DNA from: Myxococcota bacterium
Lineage (GTDB): Bacteria; Myxococcota_A; UBA9042; PHBI01; JAWLBL01
Direction: 5' to 3'
NCBI GenBank assembly: GCA_041687695.1
Contig: JAWLBL010000011.1
Location: forward strand, 1-64,000
Length of the DNA stretch: 64,000 nucleotides
The notes under the pieces were generated by a model that was not told where the DNA came from, did no database searches, and was given only the letters and a program-made list of their open reading frames with translations. Positions 56,601 to 64,000 of the stretch are shown here, piece by piece. Position 1 is the stretch's first letter. Each line of letters opens with the position of its first letter. Position numbers and translations under genes: made by a program.

Positions 56601-59600
56601 GCGCGTCGTGGATGCCGACGTTGAGGGTGCCCGTCGCCTGGGTCAGCACGTTCTGCTCGACGGTGGCCGTCAGGCCCGTGCCCGGCTCGAGGTAGAACGA
56701 GTAGCCCTGCGCCCCGACGTTGTCGGCCACCAGGAACTGCCGCAGCAGCGTCGCCGAGCCCGAGCCCGAGAACATCTGGTCGGCGTGGGTGTAGGTGCCC
56801 TGCAGCTGGATGTCGATGAGGTCGAGGGCCTCGGGCGTCTTGATGAGCAGCGGGATGTTCGCGCTCAGCGAGTGCAGCTGCATGTCCTGGACGCTGATCT
56901 GGGCCCCGGCGCCCTCGTTCAGCCACAGCTGGTAGCCCTCGTAGCGCACGCCGAGGTCGATGGGCCGCACGGCCCGCGCCTCGCCCGTCACGTCGAGATC
57001 CGGCGTCGGGCCCGCCGTGTAGCGCCCGTTGACCGTGCACTCGATGGCCGGGCTCGTGCCCTCGTCGACGCGCACGTTGACCGTGCCCTCGACCCAGTCC
57101 AGCGCGCTCTGCGTGATCTTGAGCGACACGCCCGTGCCGCCTGTCAGCCAGAAGTGCCAGTTGCGGTCGCCGACCCCCTCGGGGGACATGTCGATGGCGC
57201 CCAGCAGCGTCACCGTGCCCTCGGCGTCGATGATGGCGTTCTGACCGTCCGCGACGTTGTACTCGGCCGAGAAGTCGCCCGTCGCGAACGCCTGCGCGTC
57301 CTTGTCGACCCGCAGCTTCAGCGTGCCGCCGAGGTGGACCAGCTGGCTCTCCTCGACCCGCGCGGTGCCGCCCGACCCGGTCGCCAGCCAGATGCTGTAG
57401 CCCTCGCCGGCCTCGGAGATCAGGATGTCGCCGACGACCTCGATCTGACCGGACGCGTTCAGGCCGCCGCCCGCGACGTAGCTGGTCTGCAGCGTGACGC
57501 GGACCTTCGGCTCCGTCGCCTCCTTGGCGATGAGGATGAAGGTGCCGTTGACCTCGGTGATGCGGCTCTGCGCCGCCGAGCCCGAGAAGTTCGTCCCCTC
57601 GCCGATGAAGGTGTGGAACCGGCCCGACTCCTCCCAGGCGATCTCGCGGATGACGTTGAACGTCACGTTGCCCGAGAAGCCCTCGGCGTCGCCGACCTTG
57701 TAGCGGCCGTTGACCGACCCGTTGGCGACCTCGTCGGCGTTGTGCAGGAGCTTGGCGCCGATGTCGATCTGCGCGTAATCGAACGCGTTCTCGGCCACCG
57801 AGACCCGCAGGCTCGCCCCCTGGCAGAAGACCAGGCTGTAGGACTCGAAGCGCCCGTTGGCCGCGTCGACGCCGCTCGCGGTCAGGACGTAGTCGCGGAC
57901 CAGGCTGAAGTCGCCCTCGCCGCTGAAGATGTTGTTGGTCGCCTCCCAGCGGCCCTCGACGGTGCCGGTCGCCAGCGGCTCGGCGCCCTGATCGAGGCGC
58001 AGGTTGATCTGCCCGGCGATCCACTGCAGCTCGTTGGCGCGGATCTCGCCCTGCGCGCCGGTGCCGCGGCAGATGAACGCCGTGTAGTCCTGCCCGAGGG
58101 CGGTCAGCCGGCGGTCGTTCAAGATCTCGGCGCTGCCCGTGCCGCTGAAGAGCTGGCCCGGGTAGTCGTAGCTGGCCTCGGCCTCGATCTTGAGGAAGTC
58201 GCCCTCTTCGTCGACCAGGCGCGCGTTGAGGGTCCCGCCGAAGCTCTGGATCTCGCTGCCGACCACGCCGACGCGCGCCGACGTGCTGGGGTCGACCCAG
58301 AGCGTGTAGCCCGCGAAGGTGCCGACCTCGATGGCCACGAGCAGCTCGGCCTCGCCCTCGCCCGTGAAGCCCTCGGCCGGGGTGTACGACCCGACGAGCT
58401 CGGCCGTGGCGAACGGCGCGCCGCCCTTGTCGACGCGGAGGTCGATGGTCCCGCCGACCCGGTCGAGCTGGTTGTTCGTGACGTGGAACAGCGAGTTCGA
58501 GCCCTGCGTGATGGTGAAGGCGTACTCGCCGGCCGTCGCCATCTGCTTGTCGCGCGTGAACTCGGCCGATCCCGTGATCGTCAGGTTGGCGGCCTCGCCC
58601 TCGCGGGCGTAGACGACCTCTCCGCGGGCCTCCACGAACTGCCCCTCGGCGTCGTGGACGCTGGCGATGAGGTTGCCGCGCAGCTCACGCAGGTCGTTGT
58701 CGGTGACGACCGCCGTGATGCCCGTCGACGGCTCGACGTAGTAGCTCCAGTTCAGCGGCGCGACGTTCTCGGCCACCGGCACGCGGCGCAGCAGGCTGGC
58801 CGTCCCCTGGCCGTTGAAGCGCTGGTCCGCGTGGGTGTAGGTGCCCTGCAGCTCGACCGCGACCAGGCCCCCCTGCGCGTCGTCGATGCGCATCGGGATG
58901 GTGGCGCCCAGCGAGTGCAGCGCCGACTGGCGCACGTCGATCTCGGCGCCCGCCCCCTCGACCACCTTCAGGCTGTAGCCGTTCCAGGCGACCAGCTCTT
59001 TTTCGCGCGTGACGGTGACCGTCCCGGTCCCCGTGAAGTCCCGCTGCGCGTGCGTGTAGCGGCCGTTCGCGTTGGCCGACAGGAACTCGCCGCTGGCGTC
59101 CTCGACCGACAGGTTCACGTTGCCGTCGATCCACTCGAGGTCGCTCTGCAGGACCGAGATGCCCACCTGCGTGCCGGGCAGCACGATGAAGCGGTACTCG
59201 GGGCTGCCCTCGGGCGTCACGTCCAGGCGGCCGAGCAGATCGACCTGGCCCGTGGCGTCGACGCGCGCGCTCTCGCCCTCGGAGACCTCGTAGGTCGCCG
59301 TGAAGTCGCCCGTCGCGAAGGTCTCCTCGTCCTTGTCCATCCGCAGCTTGATGGTGCCGCCCACCCGCTGCAGGGCGTTGGCCGCGATGACCGCCTCGCC
59401 CCCGGACGTCGCCGCCAGGAAGAGCTTGTACCCGGTCCCCACGTCCGAGATCAGGACGTCGTCGACCACCTCGACCACGCCGGTGCCGTTGACCCCGGCC
59501 TCGGGCGTGTAGTCGCAGGTGACGGTGACCTTGATCTTGTCGGTCTCCTGCTCCTTGAACAGCAGGATGAAGGTCCCGTTGGCCGAGGTGACCCGGCTCT

Positions 59601-62600
59601 GCTCCATCACGCCGGTGAAGGTCGTGCCCTGGTCGATGAAGGTCGCGAAGCGCCCCGACTCGTCCCAGGCGACCGGCGCGATGCAGGTCATCTGCACGGT
59701 GCCGCTGAAGCCCTCGGCGTCGCCCAAGCGGTAGTCGCCGTTGACCGACCCGTTGGCGACCTCCTCGTACTGGTGCAGCAGCTTGCCCTGCACGTTCACG
59801 TTGGCCGTGTCGAGGTTGTTGTCGGTCACCCGCACGGTGATGCCCGACCCCGCGGCGAAGACCAGGTGCCACGCCTCGATGCGCGTGCCGCCGCCCTCGG
59901 CCGTGTTGGCCTCGCCGCCGAAGACGAGATCCTGGGTCAGCGTGAAGGTCCCCTCGCCCGAGAAGCGGTCCTGGGTCATGTCCCAGGTGCCGTTCAGCAC
60001 GCCCCGCGCCTGCTCCTGTCCGTGCAGGTTCACGACCATGTTCAGGTCGGCGCCGACCTCGCTGAAGGCGTTGTTGGTCAGCGTCCCGTGGACGCCCGAG
60101 CCCTGCAGGACCTTGAGCTGCAGCGCCGGATCCTGCGGCTCGCCGTCCTGGGTCTGCGTCGCGCGCGGGTGGTCGAAGTCGCGCGCCGTCACGACGTTGA
60201 AGCTGCCCGAGAAGTCCCAGGTCGTCAGATCCAGGTTGGCGTCGGTGAGATCGCCCTCGAGCAGCGGCCCATCCACGTCGTGGATCTGGAAGCGGAGGTT
60301 GCCGCCGATGCGCGTCAGCGCGTTGTCGCTGACCGTGCAGCCGATGGTCGTGTCCGGCTGGACGACGAACTTCCAGCGGCCGTCCTCGGTCTGCCGCTCG
60401 ATGGCCTGCTTGAGGGTCAGCTCGCCCTCGAAGCTCACCGACCGGTTCTGCACGTCGTAGGTGCCGCCCTCGATGCTGCCCTCGAGGAACAGCGCGCCGG
60501 CGCGGTGGTACTCGGCGTGGACGGTCGTCGTCAGCGTGGTCAGCTGGCTGCCCGCCATGTCGCCGCGGACAGAGCTGTCCTCGAGCAGGATCAGCTGGTC
60601 GGCGCCGCCGTTGACGGGGATGGTCACGGCCTCTCGCAGGGTGCCCGACAGCGACCCGCCGAAAGCGCCCGTCTCGCCCGAGTACTGGCCGTTCAGCTCG
60701 CCCTGCAGCTTGACCGGGATCTCGCCGTCGATGTCGGCGTGGTACGGGATGGTCCCGTTCAGCGACGTCAGGCGGCTCTGCGTGATGGTCGCCTCGATGC
60801 TGCCGCCTTCCTTGAAGACGACGGTCCCCCACTCGGCCGTGATGGGCCACTCGGCCGCGACCTGCGCCGTCCCGGTCGCGTCCAGCATCCCGGTCTGGAA
60901 GTCCAGCGTCCCGCCGAGCGTCCCCTCGACCCGGCCCATGGTGACGTCCGCGCCTTCGCCCTGGGCCGACGCCGGGTTGATGACCGTGAACTCGCAGTTG
61001 GTCAGCGTCGCCGTCTGCAGCGCGCTCTCGGCGATGGTGACCGTGATGGTCGCGCCTTCCTTGACGAACACCGGCCCGGCCGCCCGGTCGGGGTAGCCGT
61101 ACTCGGCCGTCAGCGTGAACGAGCCCTCGCCCGAGACCTGTCCCGTCTCGCCGTCGAAGTTGAACCCGACCGTGCCGGTGCCCACCTCGCCCGCCGGCTC
61201 GGCCACGGTGAAGGCCAGGCCGCTGTTGATGGCCGACACGCGGTTGTCGGTCAGCTGCGCCTCGGCCGACGCGCCCTCGGCCACCACCATGTGCAGCCCG
61301 GCCGCGTCGCCGAAGGTCAGCTGACGGGTCGTCGTGACGTTGCCCGTGCCGCTGATGAGGTTCTCGGGCACCCGCCAGACGCAGTCGGTGACCGTCACGT
61401 CGAAGGTCGGCTGGCCCTCGTAGGGCACCTCGGCCCGCGCGTGGGTCAGGGCGACCTGCGTCAGGACGTTCGCCTCGAGGACCGCCTCGCCGCGCGCCTC
61501 CTTCAAGACGGCGCCGCTGTCGCCCAGCGGCAGCTCCTGCCGCAGGGTGGCCTCGCCGCGGGCGCTCAGCAGCTGCTGCTGCACGTCGTAGGTCCCGCTG
61601 ACGGTCCCCTCGACCAGCGGGTGGGTGAGCCGCGCGCTGGCCCCGACCTCGGTCAGCTCGCCGTTTTCGATGGCCAGCGTCAGCTGCCCCTCGGTCAGCG
61701 TCACGTCCTCGTAGGTCAGCGGCGCGATCTGGTTCAGGGTCCCGCGCGCGCTCCACGTGCCCGTCCGGTGCGTGTAGCTGGCGTCGATGGTGGCCGACGC
61801 CCAGTCGCGCACGGTCACGGTCAGGCTGCCGGTCGTCGTGAAACCGTCCTCGGCGCTGTACTCGCCCGTCAACGTCCCCGACGACAGGGTCACGCCCTCG
61901 AACAGGGTGACCGGCTCGGCCATGGCGACCGTCACCGTCCCGCCGAACGCCCCGTCCGCGAACCGCGCCGAGAAGGTGACCGTCCCCAGGTGCTCGACCG
62001 CGCCCACCAGCTCGCCCGACGCGCTGATCGCGCCGTCTTGCGCCAGCGCGACCGTCAGCGACCCGCTGGTCAGCGTCAGGCCCGGCATCAGCGTGACCTG
62101 ATCGTGCGTCAGCGTCGCCGTGCCGGTGACACCCTCGCTGCCCAGGGTCAGGTCGATGGTCCCGCTCAGCGCCGAGCCCAGCTGCAGCTGCGCGCCGGTG
62201 ATGGTCGTCGTGATCTCGGCGTCGGCGTTCACCTCGAGCTGGACGTCGTCCATCCGGATGTGCTCGCCGATGGCCACCGCCCCCTTGAGCGTGCCGGTCT
62301 GCAGCGCCCACTGCTCGTCGAACGTGACCTCGGCCTCGGTGATGGTCACGCCCGTCAGCAACGTCAGGTTCAGCTCGCGGACCGTGATGCGTCCGTTGGT
62401 CTCTTCGGCGTCGCTCGGCAGCCGCAGCTCGATCCGGCGCCCGGCCAGCGTCAGATCCAGCTTGGTCGGCCGCGCCGCCCCCGGCTCGGTCCCCTCCGCC
62501 GGCGCCTGCTCCTGCGCGGTGGCGGCGTCCGTGTCGGCGGCGATGTTCATCGCCGGCAGGACCTGCGTCGGGCGCGAGATGCCGTGGCCCGCGGCGAAGT

Positions 62601-63303
62601 CGGCGCCCAGGCGCGCGGCCTCGAGCTCGGCGCCGGCCTTCGACGGCGCGGCGGCGCCGGGGCTGACCTGGGCCTCCTGGCGCTGCGCCAGGTGGACGAC
62701 CTCGTGGCCCAGCAGGGCGCGGCCCTCGCGCGTGTCGGGGTCGTAGGCGGTCGGGTGCAGGTAGACCGTGCCGTCGTCCATCAGGCCGTGGGCGCCACGC
62801 GCCTCGGTGCGGCGGGCGGCCTCGGCGTCGGCGCGGACGCGGACGGCGCCCACGTCCAAGCCCAGCGCAGCGGCCAGTCGCTCGAGCAGCTGCGCCGTGC
62901 GCTCGGCGCGGCGGGCGTCCAGATCGATGACGTTGGAGGCGCGCTCGGCCGACTCGCGCTCGGCCACCATGCGGTAGAAGTCGGCGGTCAGCTCGGCGGC
63001 GATCTCGGCCGCCGACGGGCCGCGCAGCGACGGCGCGAACGCCTCGTCGGCGAACTCCTGGCCGGCGACCTCCACGACCGCGCGGTAGATCGCCTCCTTG
63101 TCCGCCCCGGTCACCAGCCCGTGGGCCTCGAGATCGGCCACCCAGAAGCCGATCTGCTCGGGCGCGTGCGCGAAGTCGTGGACCATCTCCGCGAGCTGCG
63201 CCATCAGGAGCTCGCGGCGCTGCTCGCGCTCCGTCTCGAGGGCGAGCTGGCGCTCGCGTTCGGCGTGGAGCAGGTCCAGGCGATCTCTGAGCTCGGTCTT
63301 CAT
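53650..63303 (-). CDS. Giant 3217-aa DUF4157 (eCIS-core-like) protein with ~75-aa beta-rich repeats and a helical C-terminus
   Basis: VRVRAD...ARGAHG...YDPDTREGRALLGHEVVHLAQ...ELEA near the N-terminus; long repeat region; no signal peptide; strong GC3 bias on this strand. Confidence 0.85.
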   Translation of the reverse strand: MKTELRDRLDLLHAERERQLALETEREQRRELLMAQLAEMVHDFAHAPEQIGFWVADLEAHGLVTGADKEAIYRAVVEVAGQEFADEAFAPSLRGPSAAEIAAELTADFYRMVAERESAERASNVIDLDARRAERTAQLLERLAAALGLDVGAVRVRADAEAARRTEARGAHGLMDDGTVYLHPTAYDPDTREGRALLGHEVVHLAQRQEAQVSPGAAAPSKAGAELEAARLGADFAAGHGISRPTQVLPAMNIAADTDAATAQEQAPAEGTEPGAARPTKLDLTLAGRRIELRLPSDAEETNGRITVRELNLTLLTGVTITEAEVTFDEQWALQTGTLKGAVAIGEHIRMDDVQLEVNADAEITTTITGAQLQLGSALSGTIDLTLGSEGVTGTATLTHDQVTLMPGLTLTSGSLTVALAQDGAISASGELVGAVEHLGTVTFSARFADGAFGGTVTVAMAEPVTLFEGVTLSSGTLTGEYSAEDGFTTTGSLTVTVRDWASATIDASYTHRTGTWSARGTLNQIAPLTYEDVTLTEGQLTLAIENGELTEVGASARLTHPLVEGTVSGTYDVQQQLLSARGEATLRQELPLGDSGAVLKEARGEAVLEANVLTQVALTHARAEVPYEGQPTFDVTVTDCVWRVPENLISGTGNVTTTRQLTFGDAAGLHMVVAEGASAEAQLTDNRVSAINSGLAFTVAEPAGEVGTGTVGFNFDGETGQVSGEGSFTLTAEYGYPDRAAGPVFVKEGATITVTIAESALQTATLTNCEFTVINPASAQGEGADVTMGRVEGTLGGTLDFQTGMLDATGTAQVAAEWPITAEWGTVVFKEGGSIEATITQSRLTSLNGTIPYHADIDGEIPVKLQGELNGQYSGETGAFGGSLSGTLREAVTIPVNGGADQLILLEDSSVRGDMAGSQLTTLTTTVHAEYHRAGALFLEGSIEGGTYDVQNRSVSFEGELTLKQAIERQTEDGRWKFVVQPDTTIGCTVSDNALTRIGGNLRFQIHDVDGPLLEGDLTDANLDLTTWDFSGSFNVVTARDFDHPRATQTQDGEPQDPALQLKVLQGSGVHGTLTNNAFSEVGADLNMVVNLHGQEQARGVLNGTWDMTQDRFSGEGTFTLTQDLVFGGEANTAEGGGTRIEAWHLVFAAGSGITVRVTDNNLDTANVNVQGKLLHQYEEVANGSVNGDYRLGDAEGFSGTVQMTCIAPVAWDESGRFATFIDQGTTFTGVMEQSRVTSANGTFILLFKEQETDKIKVTVTCDYTPEAGVNGTGVVEVVDDVLISDVGTGYKLFLAATSGGEAVIAANALQRVGGTIKLRMDKDEETFATGDFTATYEVSEGESARVDATGQVDLLGRLDVTPEGSPEYRFIVLPGTQVGISVLQSDLEWIDGNVNLSVEDASGEFLSANANGRYTHAQRDFTGTGTVTVTREKELVAWNGYSLKVVEGAGAEIDVRQSALHSLGATIPMRIDDAQGGLVAVELQGTYTHADQRFNGQGTASLLRRVPVAENVAPLNWSYYVEPSTGITAVVTDNDLRELRGNLIASVHDAEGQFVEARGEVVYAREGEAANLTITGSAEFTRDKQMATAGEYAFTITQGSNSLFHVTNNQLDRVGGTIDLRVDKGGAPFATAELVGSYTPAEGFTGEGEAELLVAIEVGTFAGYTLWVDPSTSARVGVVGSEIQSFGGTLNARLVDEEGDFLKIEAEASYDYPGQLFSGTGSAEILNDRRLTALGQDYTAFICRGTGAQGEIRANELQWIAGQINLRLDQGAEPLATGTVEGRWEATNNIFSGEGDFSLVRDYVLTASGVDAANGRFESYSLVFCQGASLRVSVAENAFDYAQIDIGAKLLHNADEVANGSVNGRYKVGDAEGFSGNVTFNVIREIAWEESGRFHTFIGEGTNFSGSAAQSRITEVNGTFILIAKEATEPKVRVTLQTSYVAGGGLNASGQIEVVGDILISEAGEGYSIWLATGSGGTARVEESQLVHLGGTLKLRVDKDAQAFATGDFSAEYNVADGQNAIIDAEGTVTLLGAIDMSPEGVGDRNWHFWLTGGTGVSLKITQSALDWVEGTVNVRVDEGTSPAIECTVNGRYTAGPTPDLDVTGEARAVRPIDLGVRYEGYQLWLNEGAGAQISVQDMQLHSLSANIPLLIKTPEALDLIDIQLQGTYTHADQMFSGSGSATLLRQFLVADNVGAQGYSFYLEPGTGLTATVEQNVLTQATGTLNVGIHDAQGEFLRASGDATYSNQEGGQITRASATLQVTREKQMLTTAAGYVAWLEVTSGAHIEVTNNNVDELSGTLNVRVDNAQGPFARVALEGRYTEAEGFNGSGTASLLQEYQVATVGEYTLKALPGTGANITLVSSDITTIGGTVNARIDDATGPFVQIEATATYDFPGANFTGNGSAEVLRDKQLASLGGQNLFLCRGTGATASVLNNSLQTVGGQINLRLEDEQGAYLTVRLGGSFDAAGGTGFTGSGEARITRDKRLAQIGSYEFWLAVGAGATAHIENNALTRVDGSVPFKIMDGEAEPLLTGSANGTYDAETKKFDGNGNIRLGRDIEYTLGSNTVLKLKRGSGGNGEVVQSELRRLGGTLNCELWTDGRPLISLNADGMYNAVTNTLEYVDGSATMMRPFELLGGNVRVERLSGRARVENNRLVSAGGSGAIVIPPLNNMRGTFNLNWRNDGTRDIYSGSGTLDFTLLNDPRTGRRIGGRVSATYNEDNTFRIAGTVDYAINRMISGTLGVEVDQTLDPVLSGSLSVSQVPLVQARDLFSTKFDLLPKQSIVLFPGVNLDLGIAAGMGLGMEALTFSTTIGVSNFRPLRGNIPDFEALLQLNWGLNAQAAVMAYAGLSVGVPGLNAGVGIEGEVRLNAPVRVQPYGVLRGRAGKYSGELGVGVTLAPTLDLYARPYLQATLGREFRHNLTEWHKPLGELFRFEWGKTYKFGDDPASAEPRAAAQRPAFPPATRNAEARTSESSARNIVPEASSAANNVQDGPQLESGQQMSQQAQQGGNRENPLGQLQQHIDRIKIIAEGVGAAFRLIRLLTDIVRVGLTYGPAGVLIYIIWKVICGDISFDGIKRDIQAFLRAAATILELIEPYMPDWWSSIKGFFSGPRPGLLSAFFGADDQMRAAVRRGDHRHAVPEMRGKMIDEMIKGWCGEADQECIITVLEHSARAGDIGRVVTHAGGPNRILRAVDGREDDRARQLFRNNGISW

Positions 63304-63530
63304 GGCAACCTCGCGCTCGGTGCGGGCTCTCCGCGGGACGACCGGCGACCCAAGTGGGGACGGCCGACCCCACCTGAGACTCCAGTCTCCAGTTGTCCTC
63401 GGCCCGGCGCTGGGTTCGCCGGGCCGCGTCGCGTCGGGCTGATCCCCCGATCACGACCCTGGCGCCGCCGGCCCGCTGGGGTCTGGCGACGCTCGCGCCG
63501 GCCTCTGGGAGCCGGCGCGGGAGGGAACGA

Positions 63531-63547
63531 GGCAAGCTTCGTTCCAG
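63531..63547 (-). promoter_or_regulatory. Sigma54-type -24/-12 promoter motif
   Basis: Minus strand CTGGAACGAAGCTTGCC (GG-N10-GC), one mismatch to TGGCACG-N4-TTGC, upstream of the giant gene. Confidence 0.5.
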
Positions 63548-63628
63548 ATCGTTTTCCGGGCCGGATGGTCACCCGAGATCGGGCCGGAACACAAGGCGAC
63601 CGGGACGCGAAGGGGTAGGGCGGTGTTC

Positions 63629-63834
63629 GAGGCCGTGGCCGGATCCGTGGCCGAGGCCGGGTCCGTGGCCGTGGCCGGGTCCGTCGCCGTGGCCGTGGCC
63701 GTGGTCGTGGCCGTGGCCGTGGCCGGGTCCGTGGCCGGGTCCGTCGCCGTGGCCGTGGCCGGATCCGTGGCCGGATCCGTGGCCGAGGCCGTGGCCGGAT
63801 CCGTGGCCGTGGTCCGTGGCGGAGGCCGTGGCCG
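63629..63834. repeat. Intergenic hexamer tandem repeat (GGCCGT)n with variants
   Basis: About 200 bp of GGCCGT, GGCCGG, ATCCGT and GGCCGA units. Confidence 0.9.
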
Positions 63835-63850
63835 CGTTGAGGGCCGAGCC

Positions 63851-64000
63851 TCAGCCCACCCCAGGCCGGGCGTTCGAGCGGTCCTCGCCCTCCTCGAAGT
63901 GGACCTCGGTGCCGGCCATGGTGTTGGTGACGGGCGGCTTGTAGTTGGGGTCGCGGGTGACCTTGCCGGCGGCCTTGTACTCGTCGCGGCAGGCGTCGAG
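63851..64000 (-). CDS. 3' end of a gene entering from beyond the window; possibly an AAA ATPase
   Basis: Reads LDACRDEYKAAGKVTRDPNYKPPVTNTMAGTEVHFEEGEDRSNARPGVG*. The xxREYxxxGK-like segment resembles the C-terminal helix of eCIS Afp15/Pvc15-type AAA ATPases. Confidence 0.55.
   Translation of the reverse strand, partial: LDACRDEYKAAGKVTRDPNYKPPVTNTMAGTEVHFEEGEDRSNARPGVG

Noticed and set aside
53584..63618. 3344-aa plus-strand ORF
   Set aside because: Antisense shadow of the DUF4157 giant; no motifs and R/G/V/A-rich composition.
63393..63944. 183-aa Trp/Pro-rich ORF
   Set aside because: It is a translation of the hexamer repeat and antisense to the truncated gene.

Overview
High-GC bacterial chromosomal window, most consistent with Myxococcota or related deltaproteobacteria (Cys-rich giant lipoproteins, FHA and TPR proteins, tandem Hsp20 genes). 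It holds about 42 likely genes; no rRNA, tRNA, CRISPR array or transposase was recognised. Housekeeping genes include yitJ, a cysI-like sulfite reductase, an acyl-CoA dehydrogenase, holB-tatD, a GST, a desaturase with a two-component system, two Hsp20 genes and tldD/pmbA. Four regions stand out. (1) A probable RiPP-type locus at 16058-26468: PqqD/RRE, a 2384-aa Ig/FG-GAP lipoprotein, a 61-aa Cys-containing precursor with a WxxPxL leader motif, an HPr-kinase-like protein, a radical SAM/SPASM enzyme and an S26-like peptidase, the last four translationally coupled. (2) A 3217-aa DUF4157 (eCIS-core) protein built from about 30 or more ~75-aa beta-rich repeats with a helical, annexin-like C-terminus; upstream are a sigma54-like motif and a truncated gene whose end resembles an eCIS-type AAA ATPase. 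(3) An FHA/coiled-coil, Ycf46 AAA, DUF1257, DUF2997 operon. (4) A 13-copy array of the palindrome CGTCCCGGGACG at the window start, plus DnaA-box-like motifs near 39.2 kb. All family calls come from visual motif recognition, not database searches.
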